From contig NC_043006.1 in the NCBI RefSeq assembly GCF_006345805.1, positions 67,456,001-67,520,000 on the forward strand: a DNA stretch of 64,000 nt, in the 5' to 3' direction. Source of the stretch: Octopus sinensis (taxonomy: Eukaryota). Under the pieces are notes generated by a model. The model saw only the letters and a list, made by a program, of their open reading frames with translations. It did no database searches and was not told where the DNA came from. The position numbers and the translations under genes were made by a program. This document shows positions 24,968-36,715 of this stretch, piece by piece (position 1 is the stretch's first letter; each line of letters begins with the position of its first letter).

Positions 24968-25068
24968 CAGATATATGCTTATATGAATATGATTTCATGA
25001 ATAAAGTTATGTACACACAATATAGTTTTACAGACACATACACGCGCGCATAATTATATATACGTATA

Positions 25069-25110
<42 letters not shown>

Positions 25111-25581
25111 TATGTCTGTGTGTGTGACGGCGGTAGGTAGATAAACGTATAATGAGCGACTGCGAGAAAGCATGAGAGAGGATGAGAGGTACATCCAGAC
25201 ATATTCCAGCTTTAATGGCGCCTAAATCTCCCACAATGCACCAGTGCAAATAAATTAGATTTGCCCAGACATGCTGAAGTTTTCATTCATGCACACTCAA
25301 TACACACACGTACATACATATCTACATAAATGCATACATACATACATACATACATACATACATGTATACGTACAAACATATACACCTATTGATGTGCTTA
25401 CGTAGATACATAAATGCATACGTAAATACAAATAAAGAAACTTGTTCACTCCAGATAAACTTCAGATAGACTCGCATTTATATCGGTATATACAAGTCTA
25501 CACATAAATGCTCAAAAATAATATGTGGGACAACATAAACGAAGACATACACACGAGATACACTCACACCAACACACACAC

Positions 25582-25633
<52 letters not shown>

Positions 25634-26052
25634 TACACACACATACGCGCGCGCGGTTAGCGAAGGCTACTAACCCTGTGCATAGTTTTCAGGTAAACCC
25701 AAAATAGACGATCCGCTAGGCCTAAACCTTTATAAATATATCGTGTGTATATATATATATATATATATATACATGCACATATGTATATAATTATATATAT
25801 ATATTGAGAGAAACAGATAGACAGACAGTCATATATAATAATGATTGAAAGTATAAAATGTGTAAAAATATGTTTGTTATGCGTGTATTTGTGCGTGCTT
25901 TTGTGCTTTTGTGTATTATGAATTATATATATATATATATTATATATACCCGTATGTGAGTGCATTTTTCAGGGTGATTGCATAAATGTACGTATTGATG
26001 TATGTGTCTCTGAAGATATATATAATATATACACACACACAAATTTATAAAT

Positions 26053-26105
<53 letters not shown>

Positions 26106-26158
26106 TATATAATATATATATACAGATATGAATATGATATATGATGTCTATATATATA

Positions 26159-26189
<31 letters not shown>

Positions 26190-26392
26190 ACATTATATAT
26201 ATATGTGTGTGTGTGTGTGGTATATATGTATATATGTGTGTGTGTGTGGGTGTTAATATATATTATATGTATGTATACACACAGATATGAAAATATGTGA
26301 ATATATATGTATATACATATGTGCATATACATAAATATATATATACACATTATTTATACATACATACATATATACATACATACATACATACA

Positions 26393-26423
<31 letters not shown>

Positions 26424-27342
26424 TTATATCTATATAGCGCTTTAATAAGCAATGTAAATATATGAGAAACCATATTTGCACTTGCAGCCGTCTTGAATAT
26501 TTTGCTAATCCCACTTGTTAGCTGACAGGATGTTATTGTACGCTATTTTGGAACTTACTTCTGATGGGTCTATCTTCTTTCCTATATTAATGTACATCAT
26601 TTTATGTTTATCTCACTCCCGAGGTTATCCCAACAACGCAAACATCGTGTAATATAAGTAAAGTTTTTTTTATGATTTTGCCTGTGAGTATGTGTGCATT
26701 AATGATTTAATATGTGGGCGTAGATCTGCGAATATGCGTACATACATAATCATATACATGCGTGCGCATTTGTATATAAATGTATGTCTTAATATATATG
26801 TGTGTGTACATATATATTACAATTATAATTAGTAGTAGTAGTAGTAGTAGTGTATTGATATATATATATATATATATATATATATCTTTGTGGTAATATA
26901 TATGTGAATATATATTTATGTTTACTAGTGTGTGCGTGCATTGTGAAGTGTATGTGTGTGTGATATGTACCTGTGTGTATGTGTGTGTAAAATTTGTTAG
27001 AGTGAATAGGATCTCAACATTTGTGATACGTATATGTATGAGTGTGTATCTATATATGATATTGATATATATGGTATGATCATGTATGTATAGTATTATA
27101 TATATTATATATATATATATATCATATATATATCATATATAACTATATTTGCATGTATCAGTTTTGTTAAAGTCACTTCTCAGGCTTCAGTTCTCGACAT
27201 TGATTTTTTTTTTCACATCACTTCAGGGCCGTTAAATAACAGAATTCTAGCCATTTGACGCAATACTTCTCTCTCATTCTAACTCTTTGACTTTCTTCCT
27301 CTTTATTCTGCATACAATTCTTTATATATCTGTCACTCTTTT

Positions 27343-27419
<77 letters not shown>

Positions 27420-28389
27420 TTCTGCCTATAGGTCTATCTCTCTCCTCTGTCAACCTGTCTCTCTCGATTTTTCTCTCCCTCTCTTTGTCTTATATATATA
27501 TATATATTAGTCTATGCGTGTGTTTGTGTGTGTGTCGATGTGTAATATGTACACCTGTGGGTATATACACATTTGCATATGTCTATGTATACATGTAAAT
27601 ATAAAGAAATACATGAAAAGAAAAGCGTAGGAGAATGCTAAATAGACAAGTCGATAGAATGTGTTTTTCTTTTATATATATTCTGCTCTGTCGAGCCATC
27701 CATACATCTATTTCCGTATTGGTCGTCTGCTTTTCAGCCTTCCCCACCTCCACTTGATCTTTCTGTGTGCGCTTGAATATGTGTATTTATACGTGCGGAT
27801 ATGTAGTCTTCGTGTAACAGAATTTAGCGCATACACTACCGAAATATATTTATTTAATTTGCTCTCATGAAACCCGTCGACGGTTACCTATATTTTCGTT
27901 ACTCGAAAAAAAAAATAGCGTAGTTAGTCAGAAATCCGTGTAGGAGCAAAAATCCAAAAAGCTTTTTTTTTTTTCCAGCATGGCGCAGTCGATTAAAGAA
28001 ACTACAAGTAATAGTCAGTGCTGGTTCTGTTGATCTACACACACATACACACATACACGTACGCGCGCACACACACATATACACATACATCTATATATAT
28101 ATATATATATTCATTTAATATATAAAGATATATATATATATATATATAATATATATAATATGTATATATATATGCATGTGTATATATGCCTGTAATAATA
28201 TATATGTACATATATATATACATATATATATACTAATATATATGTACATATATATATATACTATGTATATATACATATATATATATATCATATATGTATA
28301 TATACATATATATGTGTGTGTGTGTGTATGTCTATATATATATATCCATATACATTATATGTGTATATATATATATATCCATATATATG

Positions 28390-28437
<48 letters not shown>

Positions 28438-28445
28438 TATATATA

Positions 28446-29435
28446 TAGGGTGCATTTTGACATGTTCTCTTGGAGGGAACTTTTTCAATACTTACGGTAA
28501 AGTAATCTTTGATTCTTATATTCGATTGTGTGGTTTTTGTTTTGTTGTTTGTTTTTGTTTCTTGATTTTTGTTTTTGTTGCCGTTTTTTATTTTAGTTTT
28601 TTGGGGGATTTTCTTTTCTTTTCTTTGAAGATTACTTTATATCATAATGGTAAAATTCGTATCGATTTCTATTTTTCCGTTTCAAAATAACTTTTGATCA
28701 GGCCCGTATCAGACACTGCGTTCTGTATCTATTTAAAAGGAGCTTTTCACCAATGGAAGCGCCAAAAAACATACGTTCTGTCAACGGAAATGAAACTATA
28801 AGTGTCCAGACATGTCAACGAATGTTTGGCCCGTTTCACTCGGGAATTTTTTCTCTTGCAGATGACCGTTGACCTAGACGCTCAAGTTCTGTCAATATTG
28901 AATTCTGAAAAGTGTAGTTGAGGAAAATCCTAGGTAAACTGGACAAGAATTAGCAAAATATTCAATTCAAGTCATACTTGGATTATAAAATACCTTCAGG
29001 AGCTAGGAAAAGAGTATAAACTAGGTCGGTGAGTTCCTTTGTTATTTGACTGTTTCTCGGTTTAAACTAATCGTTGCCCTCTGCTAGTCATTGAAGTGTA
29101 GACTTGCTAAAGAACCTTTCGTTGACAAAATCGCTACAAGTGAGGGAAAAATGGGTTCTCTATAACCATATCCAATGAAAACGACAATGCGACAATGGGT
29201 AGCGTTCAATTAAAAAGGAAGTTCTATCTCAAAGCCAGGACTACATCCGATAAGGTCTGTTTGGTGAAATATGAAGGGTGTTGTCTATCATAAAATGTTA
29301 AACCAAAACAAAACAATTCATGCAGAGAAGTATTGCCTTCAATTGGAAGCATTGCGCAACAATTTGTGGCGAAGTGCACATCATTGGTCAATCATAAAGA
29401 CCTGTTGCTCTTACACGATAATGCAAGACCATAAA
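28446..29435 (+). mobile_element. Decayed mariner, truncated at HDNARP by a SINE
   Basis: IRHCVLYLF, ISVQTCQRMF, KPFVDKIATSEGKW, KPGLHP, LLLHDNARP; TA-GGGTGC start. Confidence 0.8.
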
Positions 29436-29437
29436 TA

Positions 29438-29645
29438 GGTTTCAAATTTTGGCACAATGCCAGCAATTTCGGGGGGAGGGTTAAGTCGATTACATCGTCC
29501 CCAGTGCTCAACTGGTACTTATTCTATAGAGCCCGAAAGGATGACAGGTAAAATTCGACCTCGGCTGAATTTGAACTCAGAACGTAAAGTCGAACGAAAT
29601 GCTGCTAATCATTTTCCCCGGCGTTGTTAACGATTCTACCAGCCC
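29438..29645 (-). mobile_element. SINE family A
   Basis: Colinear with the family. Confidence 0.8.
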
Positions 29646-29647
29646 AT

Positions 29648-29718
<71 letters not shown>

Positions 29719-29851
29719 CGCTCGCTCGCTCTCTCTTTTATGCAAGACCAGATATTGCCCCTCGTCTTCTACTCTCCTGACCAGGGTCCATATTATGATT
29801 CTCACCATGTGATTTTCGCCTTTTCAATATTGTTTAAATGTAACAGTTATA

Positions 29852-31113
29852 CATTAATCACTCGCCATATCGCGGTTTACCTATCACGCGCACTAGTAAA
29901 TCGCGAATTTTCTGGCTAATACATGTAAATTTATATCGCGGACTCCTCAGTATATCGCGGGTCTCTGCGGCCGATAAGTATTTATATCTCTTTAGATTTT
30001 ATTTATTTCTGTGGTAAAATAAGCATTTTCACATCTAATAATTAATAAACTAATGAATAAAAACACAGTACAGAACTTCAGTGTATTACACATTAATTAA
30101 AATATATTAAAAGAAAATACGTAGTGTACCGTAGTTGAGTAAACAAAGAATTGCACATACTGTAAGGTAAGCGAAACTCAGGAGGCGAGTGCGTGGTGTT
30201 GTTTTGCATTTGTGTGTAAAACTGTGAATTTATTTCAAGTCTTACGATGTCGCTCAAATGTTTTGTACCTTCTAAGCCTTTCTTCCTTACACAGAAGAAG
30301 AGGCAGCGCCAGCAACTGCCCATCATTATGTTCCTTACCCGCAAAAAATGAGAAGATACAGGTACTCCTTAGAGTGTGAGGAGAGTTTATAAAAGCTTAA
30401 GCGTATAAAAATATTGGGTTGTCCAGGAAGTTAGTGCCGATTTATAGTAGCTTACATTTCGACTTATTTTAGAATATGGTTGAGTCCATAAAATAGGATC
30501 TAACTACACCTCCATTTTGAGCACAGTTTAAGCTATCTTGTCGTGGAAGAAGGTTTATGTTCCTATAACCTGTGTTAGTTCTGTAACCCTTTAAAATGGA
30601 AGATAAGAAAGTTCATTTTCGACACTTGATGCTTTGGGAACCAGACAAAAATTGCTGCAGCTCGGCTGGGATGTGTTACCCCACCCGCCATATTCACCAG
30701 ATGTTGCTCCTTTGGATTTCCACTCATTGAGGTCTCTGCAGAATAGCCTTAATGGTAAAAATTTCAATTCCTTGGATGACGTAAAAAGATACCTTGATGA
30801 ATTCTTTGCCATGAAACCACCTCAATTCTGGGAAGAGGGTATTTTCAAGTTAAAGGAAAGATGGAAACGCATTGTGCAACAAAGTGGTTCATATTTGGTT
30901 GATTAAAATGTAATGGCAAGTATTTATTGACCTTTTCCTTTCCTTTAAAAATCGGCACGAACTTTCCGGACAACCCAATAATAAAATAAATATATACAAA
31001 TTATAAAAATATTTTTTTTAAAATATACAGTATAGTACTGTTTCTACTTCACGAATGTTCATCTATCGCGGGGTGTTTTGGAACGTAACACCCGCAATAG
31101 TCGAGTGGTTACT
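29852..31113. mobile_element. pogo/Tigger-like non-autonomous element carrying a nested mariner
   Basis: Degenerate TIRs TA-CATTAATCACTCG.. / ..CGAGTGGTTACTC-TA with subterminal TATCGCGG motifs. Confidence 0.55.
30414..30978 (+). mobile_element. Internally deleted mariner (565 bp), same family as 58156-59422
   Basis: TIRs TTGGGTTGTCC..GTGCCGATTT and TA TSD; MEDKKVHFRHLML fused to GTRQKLLQLGWDVLPHPPYSPD. Confidence 0.95.
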
Positions 31114-31724
31114 CTAAGTCTTCTTTATTTATTTTTTTTTTTTAAATCCTGGCAACATTATTACGAGTGATGTTTACCTGTTCAGCCAACTGATAGGAAA
31201 ACTGACTTACAGCCACTTGTTCAATGCACTCGTGACATGTCCAACATTGAATACAATACAGAACATTCGAGTTCGTCCTGCCCATTCTCTCTCTCGTTGA
31301 TGTTGCCTACCTGACAAAAGTTACCAACATCACGCAGGATCACCTTACTAGACGGTGCCTAAAGCTTCTGGAAACGTCGTCGTAATTGACTTTGTGTGAC
31401 GGTGGAAAGTATCCGCAAGAGAAGTGCGTTTCAGTAACGAATGCAAGTTTTAGTGGAACCCATGATGACATCATTAAGGATTAAAATGTATAAACACTAA
31501 TGATCTGGAAAAGAAAAAGAAAACCATTGTAAACTCGTAAATTCCGGCATTTGAAATACAGTACATTTAAAGATGGTGCAGGTATCCACAATCATGTCAA
31601 TTACAAATAAACGTGCCTATCATTATAAGACAGCATGCATATTCGTGCGAATGTGTATGAGTGTGCGCACGCGCATGCGTGCTTGTGCGTGTTTGTGTTT
31701 GCATAGGTGTAGAATAATACTATA

Positions 31725-31811
<87 letters not shown>

Positions 31812-32184
31812 TCTTTACTCTTTTACTTGTTTCAGTCATTTGACTGCAGCGATGCTGGAGCACCGCCTTTAATCGAGCAACTCGACCCCGGGACTTATTC
31901 TTGTAAGCCCAGTACTTATTCTATCGGTCTCTTTTTGCCGAACCGCAAAGTGACGGGGACATAAACACACCAGCATTGGTTGTCAAGCAATGCTAGGGGA
32001 ACAAACACAGACAAACATACAAGCACACACATATATACATATATACGACGGGCTTCTTTCAGTTTCCGTCTACCAAATCCACCCACAAGGCTTTGATCGG
32101 CCCGAGGCAATAGTTGAAGACACTTGCCCAAGGTGCAACGCAGTGGGACTGAACCCGGAACCATGTGGTTGGTAAACAAGCTAC
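31812..32184 (-). mobile_element. SINE family B with its first about 18 nt replaced by the ORF1-only element
   Basis: Junction aaataaa|gtagcttgtttacc. Confidence 0.85.
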
Positions 32185-32499
32185 TTTATTTCATAACATT
32201 TGCCATAAAGTCAGTACATAGAGTAAGTTAGCTTTGCGGGCTGGACGAGGACATTAATGAAATGAATGATAATGAAAGAAAGATGATGAGGATGGGAGAA
32301 GACAAAAAGCGCCCGCCGACTTCTGCTTCTCTAAAACATTGTTCCTTAATAACAAACACAAAAAACGAGGTATTAAACCTCTTACAATTTTTACAACTTT
32401 TCAATTTTTGGACTAACAGTCCATTACTAACAACAACATAGTTCAATAATTACATATGATATAAATACAATACACAAAGCCCCTCCTCCCAGACCTGGC

Positions 32500-32961
32500 T
32501 TACACTTCCCTTAGGAATGCGCCAGCTCTAGGTCGTATCACAATTTGTGAATCGTCCTCAAAATAACTTGTGCCCGCACCCTCCGTCATCCACCACGCCT
32601 CCCTCAGAATGTAATCGAGTTCCGTGTTAGCGTCGCCCGGGACCAAGCTATAATCCTCATTGAGCTCCTTCAGCCCAAGCGTCACGTCGAACGCCACGGC
32701 CTCCACAGCTACCTGCAGAGGCCATTCGGGGTCCTGTGTCAAGGCTAAAGGTGCTCCCTTATGGTGCTTTTCCATCACCTTTTCAATTTCTCCGCCTCTA
32801 TGGAAGAGGATCAATACATCGTTTTTCCTCGGGGGCGGGATATTCAATTCTTTCGTTGGCGGCACAGTTCCCGCCAACGGTGTTTCTTCTCCTGTCGGTG
32901 GCACAACCCCAACCGACGTAGTTTCGGGACATTCCGGTACTATGTCACCGACTGCCGGCAA
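32500..32961 (-). CDS. Probable frameshifted C-terminal part of the same ORF1
   Basis: Open from the A-rich tract near 32990 in the -1 frame; joined length about 430 aa. Confidence 0.5.
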   Translation of the reverse strand: MPAVGDIVPECPETTSVGVVPPTGEETPLAGTVPPTKELNIPPPRKNDVLILFHRGGEIEKVMEKHHKGAPLALTQDPEWPLQVAVEAVAFDVTLGLKELNEDYSLVPGDANTELDYILREAWWMTEGAGTSYFEDDSQIVIRPRAGAFLREV

Positions 32962-33791
32962 CGTCCCGTTTCTCTTCCTCTTTTTCTTTTTTTCTTTTCA
33001 GCTGAGGGAGGGTGCGTCTCCTCCGTGGCCGGAAGATTCGCCTTTCCCTCCTCATCCCTAGTATCCTTTGGTGAGCACCCATTGTTGCTCACCTTCCTCT
33101 TTCGGCCTCTGTTTGAGGAGTCCTCCGCTTTCTCGGCCGTCTTCATTCCCTCTTCTACAGGGGTTTCACTTAACTGCTCCGGGATCCTATTTTGTTCCCG
33201 GGGACAGTTTTTCTTTATATGGCCGGACTCCAAGCACCGATGACACCTAGGGGGGCGACCCTCAAGTATCACCGGGTACCTGCACCCGGCCATTTTCAAA
33301 AAATCTGGAAGAACCAGATTGGCTGATTGGGTCCAAAGGGTCAAAATTGCTTTTGACCCAACCCAAACAGCCGCAGGAAGAACTTTCACATTAAGAACCT
33401 TAGTCCCGCTGCTACCCAGACCCCGGCGGATAGTCTCCTCTATCCACTCGGGTTTTATCCCGGGTGGCAGCCCGCAGATCCAAGCTTTCGTCAGTCTCTT
33501 TCCATGGTACGTGGGCAGAAATAAAATTTCCTTGCCCTCCAGGGGTTTACTAGCAAATTTGCAAGCCTCTTCAGGGGTGTCAAATAGCAACCACACCGTT
33601 GCATATCTGACACCCCTGGAAATGAATTTAATTGTTGGCAAATACTCTGCCAACTCCTTTTCAATTGCCGTCTTTTCGAATAGGGCGATGGAGTAGGTTC
33701 TCAACACCACCGTCCTATCTTCACGGTCTTTTAACCACTTTTTAGGCGGTATAATCTCCCATTCCAAAAGTTTGTCATTTTTCATTGCCAT
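32940..33791 (-). CDS. Tx1/L1-type ORF1p (nucleic-acid binding, CCHC knuckle), N-terminal part
   Basis: 283 aa; CHRCLESGHIKKNC; LPTYHGKR motif shared with 34213..34632. Confidence 0.8.
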   Translation of the reverse strand: MAMKNDKLLEWEIIPPKKWLKDREDRTVVLRTYSIALFEKTAIEKELAEYLPTIKFISRGVRYATVWLLFDTPEEACKFASKPLEGKEILFLPTYHGKRLTKAWICGLPPGIKPEWIEETIRRGLGSSGTKVLNVKVLPAAVWVGSKAILTLWTQSANLVLPDFLKMAGCRYPVILEGRPPRCHRCLESGHIKKNCPREQNRIPEQLSETPVEEGMKTAEKAEDSSNRGRKRKVSNNGCSPKDTRDEEGKANLPATEETHPPSAEKKKRKRGRETGRCRQSVT

Positions 33792-34129
33792 ATATTTTTT
33801 GTTTTTTTTTTAAATATATTCAAAATAAACTTAAAAAGCGAGAACAAAAAAGTTCAAAAGTCCTAATAAAATTCGATAGATTTTTTGAAAAAAATAGGGA
33901 AGATACAAAAAGGAGAAAGCACAACAGAAGGGAAGAAATCAACGGAAAGTCACAATAAACAAAAAAACAAAAAGGGGAGTTAAATAAAGTTCAAAAGAAA
34001 GTCAATAAACAGCAAAACACAGCAAAAATCTTCTGGCCTTACGGTACTCCCGGCCTGAGTTGAACCTGGAACGCCGCAACTGGAACGCAACTTCCACAAA
34101 AATTGGTCCAAAAGGTAATCCAAAAGTGT

Positions 34130-34260
34130 ATTCCAAATGGCTTATTCTTTACTTGGATGGAGAACAGGTGTGGTCACCGCACGTTCGGTTCTACCTTCCG
34201 CGATTAACGTCCTTAACGGACATTGGTAATTGGATCAAGCAGAGACCTAGGCTGGGGGAC
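34130..34260 (+). pseudogene. Tx1-clade ORF2 fragment
   Basis: YLDGEQVWSPHVR..WIKQRPRLGD vs LDDGEQVWSSFVR..WIKKRPRKGE at about 39700. Confidence 0.7.
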
Positions 34261-34665
34261 TTCACAGTCAGCTCGAATGTGGCCCTTTTTTCCGCATTGG
34301 TAACAGGTGGGCTTACGGCCTTCCACCTGTACCCTAAGGGCCACATTCTCCCCAACAAGTACTCTCTCTGGTAGGACCTGAATGCCCTCCTGTTTGCCTT
34401 GTATTAAAACCGTTATGTTCCGCCCTAACCACATCTGTGGGGCGGAACTTGTGGTCTGTAATATGTTTATCCGGTCCGTCCTGTTAAACAACAGGCCGGC
34501 TACCACTTCTTTCGGATCTACTGTGGGTGGGATTTCGTTAATCCTTACACGGGATGTTCGTCGCCCCCTGTACGTTGGCAAAAGTACCACTTCCTTGGTC
34601 TTCAGGGGGCACACGGCGTGCCCGCGAGCCACCTTTTCCTCTGAGAATTGAACCTCAACGGATCC
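34260..34665 (-). pseudogene. Second Tx1-type ORF1 fragment
   Basis: LLPTYRGRR..EGRKPTCYQCGKKGHIRADC. Confidence 0.8.
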
Positions 34666-34669
34666 GTAT

Positions 34670-34795
34670 GCCCGTTTATTTCTATGTTCCTTTCTGTCGA
34701 AGAGCTTAGGCTCGAAACGTAAAAGACTTTCTCACTTCTCACTTCTCGAACGTTAAACTAGTACATCTGTTTGTTGTTAACACACCCATCTTCGT
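34670..34795 (+). mobile_element. PLE terminal-repeat fragment with HHR-like fold (A6U)
   Basis: CTTT CTGTCGA A GAGC TTAG GCTC GAAAC GTA AAAG; ends at (TA)n. Confidence 0.6.
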
Positions 34796-34819
34796 CTTTT
34801 ATATATTATATATATATAT

Positions 34820-34853
<34 letters not shown>

Positions 34854-35231
34854 GTGTATGTATATATATATATATATGTATGTGTATGTATGTATGTATG
34901 TATGTATATATGTATGTATATATATATACATATATATATACATATATATATATACATACACACATACATACATACATACATACATACATACATACATACA
35001 TACATACATACATACATACATACATACATACATAGTCTTGGTTCTGACATTAAACTGCACCGGGTGGTGAAGCTCCACCACGGGAGTTCTGGAATTGTGG
35101 GGGTGCGTGAACTGATCCTTTAATTACCATTATTCCCAGGTCCGTTCTGACTCAGAACGGTAACACCAGTAAGGGTCTCATCTGTTGATTAAATAGTTTA
35201 CCGATGGGTAGAGGAGGTTCCTGTCGTTATT

Positions 35232-35849
35232 CTTTTCTACTCTAGGTACAAGGCCCGACATTTTTGGAGAGAGGTGGGCCAGTCGATTAGATTGACCTCA
35301 GTACGCAACTGGTACTTAACTTATCGATCCCGAAAGGGTGAAAGGCAAAGTCGGCCTCTGCTTAATTTGAACACAGAACGTAAAGACAGACGGAATACCG
35401 CTAAGCATTTCGCCCGGCGTGCTAACGTTTCTTATTTCTTTATTGCCCACAAGGGACTAAACATAGAAGAAACAAACAAGGACAGACAAAGGGATTAAGT
35501 CGATTACATTGATCCCAGTGCGTAACTGGTACTTAATTTATCAACACAGAAAGGATGAAAGGCAAAGTCGACTTCGGCGGAATTTGAACACAGAACGTAA
35601 CGGCAGACGAAATACCTATTTCTTTACTACCCACAAGGGGTTAAACACAGAGAGGACAAACAAGGACAGACAAACGGATTAAGTCGATTACATCGAACCC
35701 AGTGCGTAACTGGTACTTATTTAATCGATCCCGAAAGGATGAAAAGCAAAGTCGACCTTGACGGAATTTGAACACAAAACGTAACGGCAGACAAAATACC
35801 GCTAAACATTTCGCCCGGAGTACTAACGTTTCTGCCAGCTCGCCGCCTT
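35232..35849 (-). mobile_element. SINE family A trimer with two Tx1-like tails
   Basis: TSD GAGGTTCCTGTC[G/A]TTATT at 35214 and 35850; junctions at 35431/2 and 35615/6. Confidence 0.9.
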
Positions 35850-36169
35850 GAGGTTCCTGTCATTATTGATAAAGCCGTATGGAAGGCAGCTCTTCTAAGA
35901 GAAAGATATAAAACGAGTCGTCTTGCAGTGCTTCTTATTGGAATGTACTATAGCGACCGGGAAAGTAGCTAAGGTGTTGTACAAGCTTAAATCCAATGAA
36001 GCACAGATGTGTCACTGTCATTTCATTTCCTCATCCAGTTTGTATTTCATAAAATTCTGTGGTGATGGATGCGTGATGAAAAAAAAAATAGTCATAAATG
36101 CGTACATGAAAGAATGAAAGTAAAGTGGAACAAGCAGGCTGAAATGTATAACGGCTATCATCTGACGAG

Positions 36170-36180
36170 ATGAGACAATC

Positions 36181-36235
<55 letters not shown>

Positions 36236-36567
36236 CTATGTGTGTCTTCTGTCTGTGTGTTTGTGTGCGTGTGTGTGCTTGTGTGTACGTGCTTGTGTGT
36301 GTGTGTTATTGTGTGTGTGTACTTGTGTGTGTGTTATTGTGGGTGTGTGCTTGTGTGTGCGTGCTTGTGTGTGTGTGTACTTGTGTGTGTGTGTTATTGT
36401 GTATGTGTGCTTGTGGGTGTGTGCTTGTGTGTGTGTGTGCATTTTTGTATGTGCTTGTGCGTTTGTGTGTGCTTGTGTTTGTGTATGTGTGTATGCATGT
36501 GCGTGTGTGCTTGTATGTGTGTGTGTGTGTGTGTGTTTTGTGCTTTTGTGTGTGTGTGTATGCATGC

Positions 36568-36606
<39 letters not shown>
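36170..36606. repeat. (TG)n-rich block
   Basis: Direct reading. Confidence 0.9.
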
Positions 36607-36715
36607 ATAAGTCATCAATATTTCAGTACTGGCCTAGATTTTTTTTCATTTACATTGATTTCTATTTAAATCTTAAAAGAAATCAATGAAAAAGAGAAAA
36701 ATATTTATTATAGTC

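Larger units (their letters stand above)
32185..34140 (-). mobile_element. ORF1-only Tx1/L1-like retroelement
   Basis: T-rich 5' UTR, ORF1, about 310 bp 3' UTR ending in AATAAA; no endonuclease or RT. Confidence 0.65.

Noticed and set aside
32975-33002. Programmed -1 frameshift in ORF1
   Set aside because: No in-frame X XXY YYZ heptamer; a homopolymer indel or sequencing error is simpler
34055-34665. Twin-priming 5' inversion
   Set aside because: The fragments converge 3'-to-3', whereas twin priming gives a divergent junction
35232-35849. Repeat-spacer look of SINE-A multimers (CRISPR-like)
   Set aside because: Units are about 185-200 bp, spacers are homologous to each other, the context is eukaryotic and no cas genes are present
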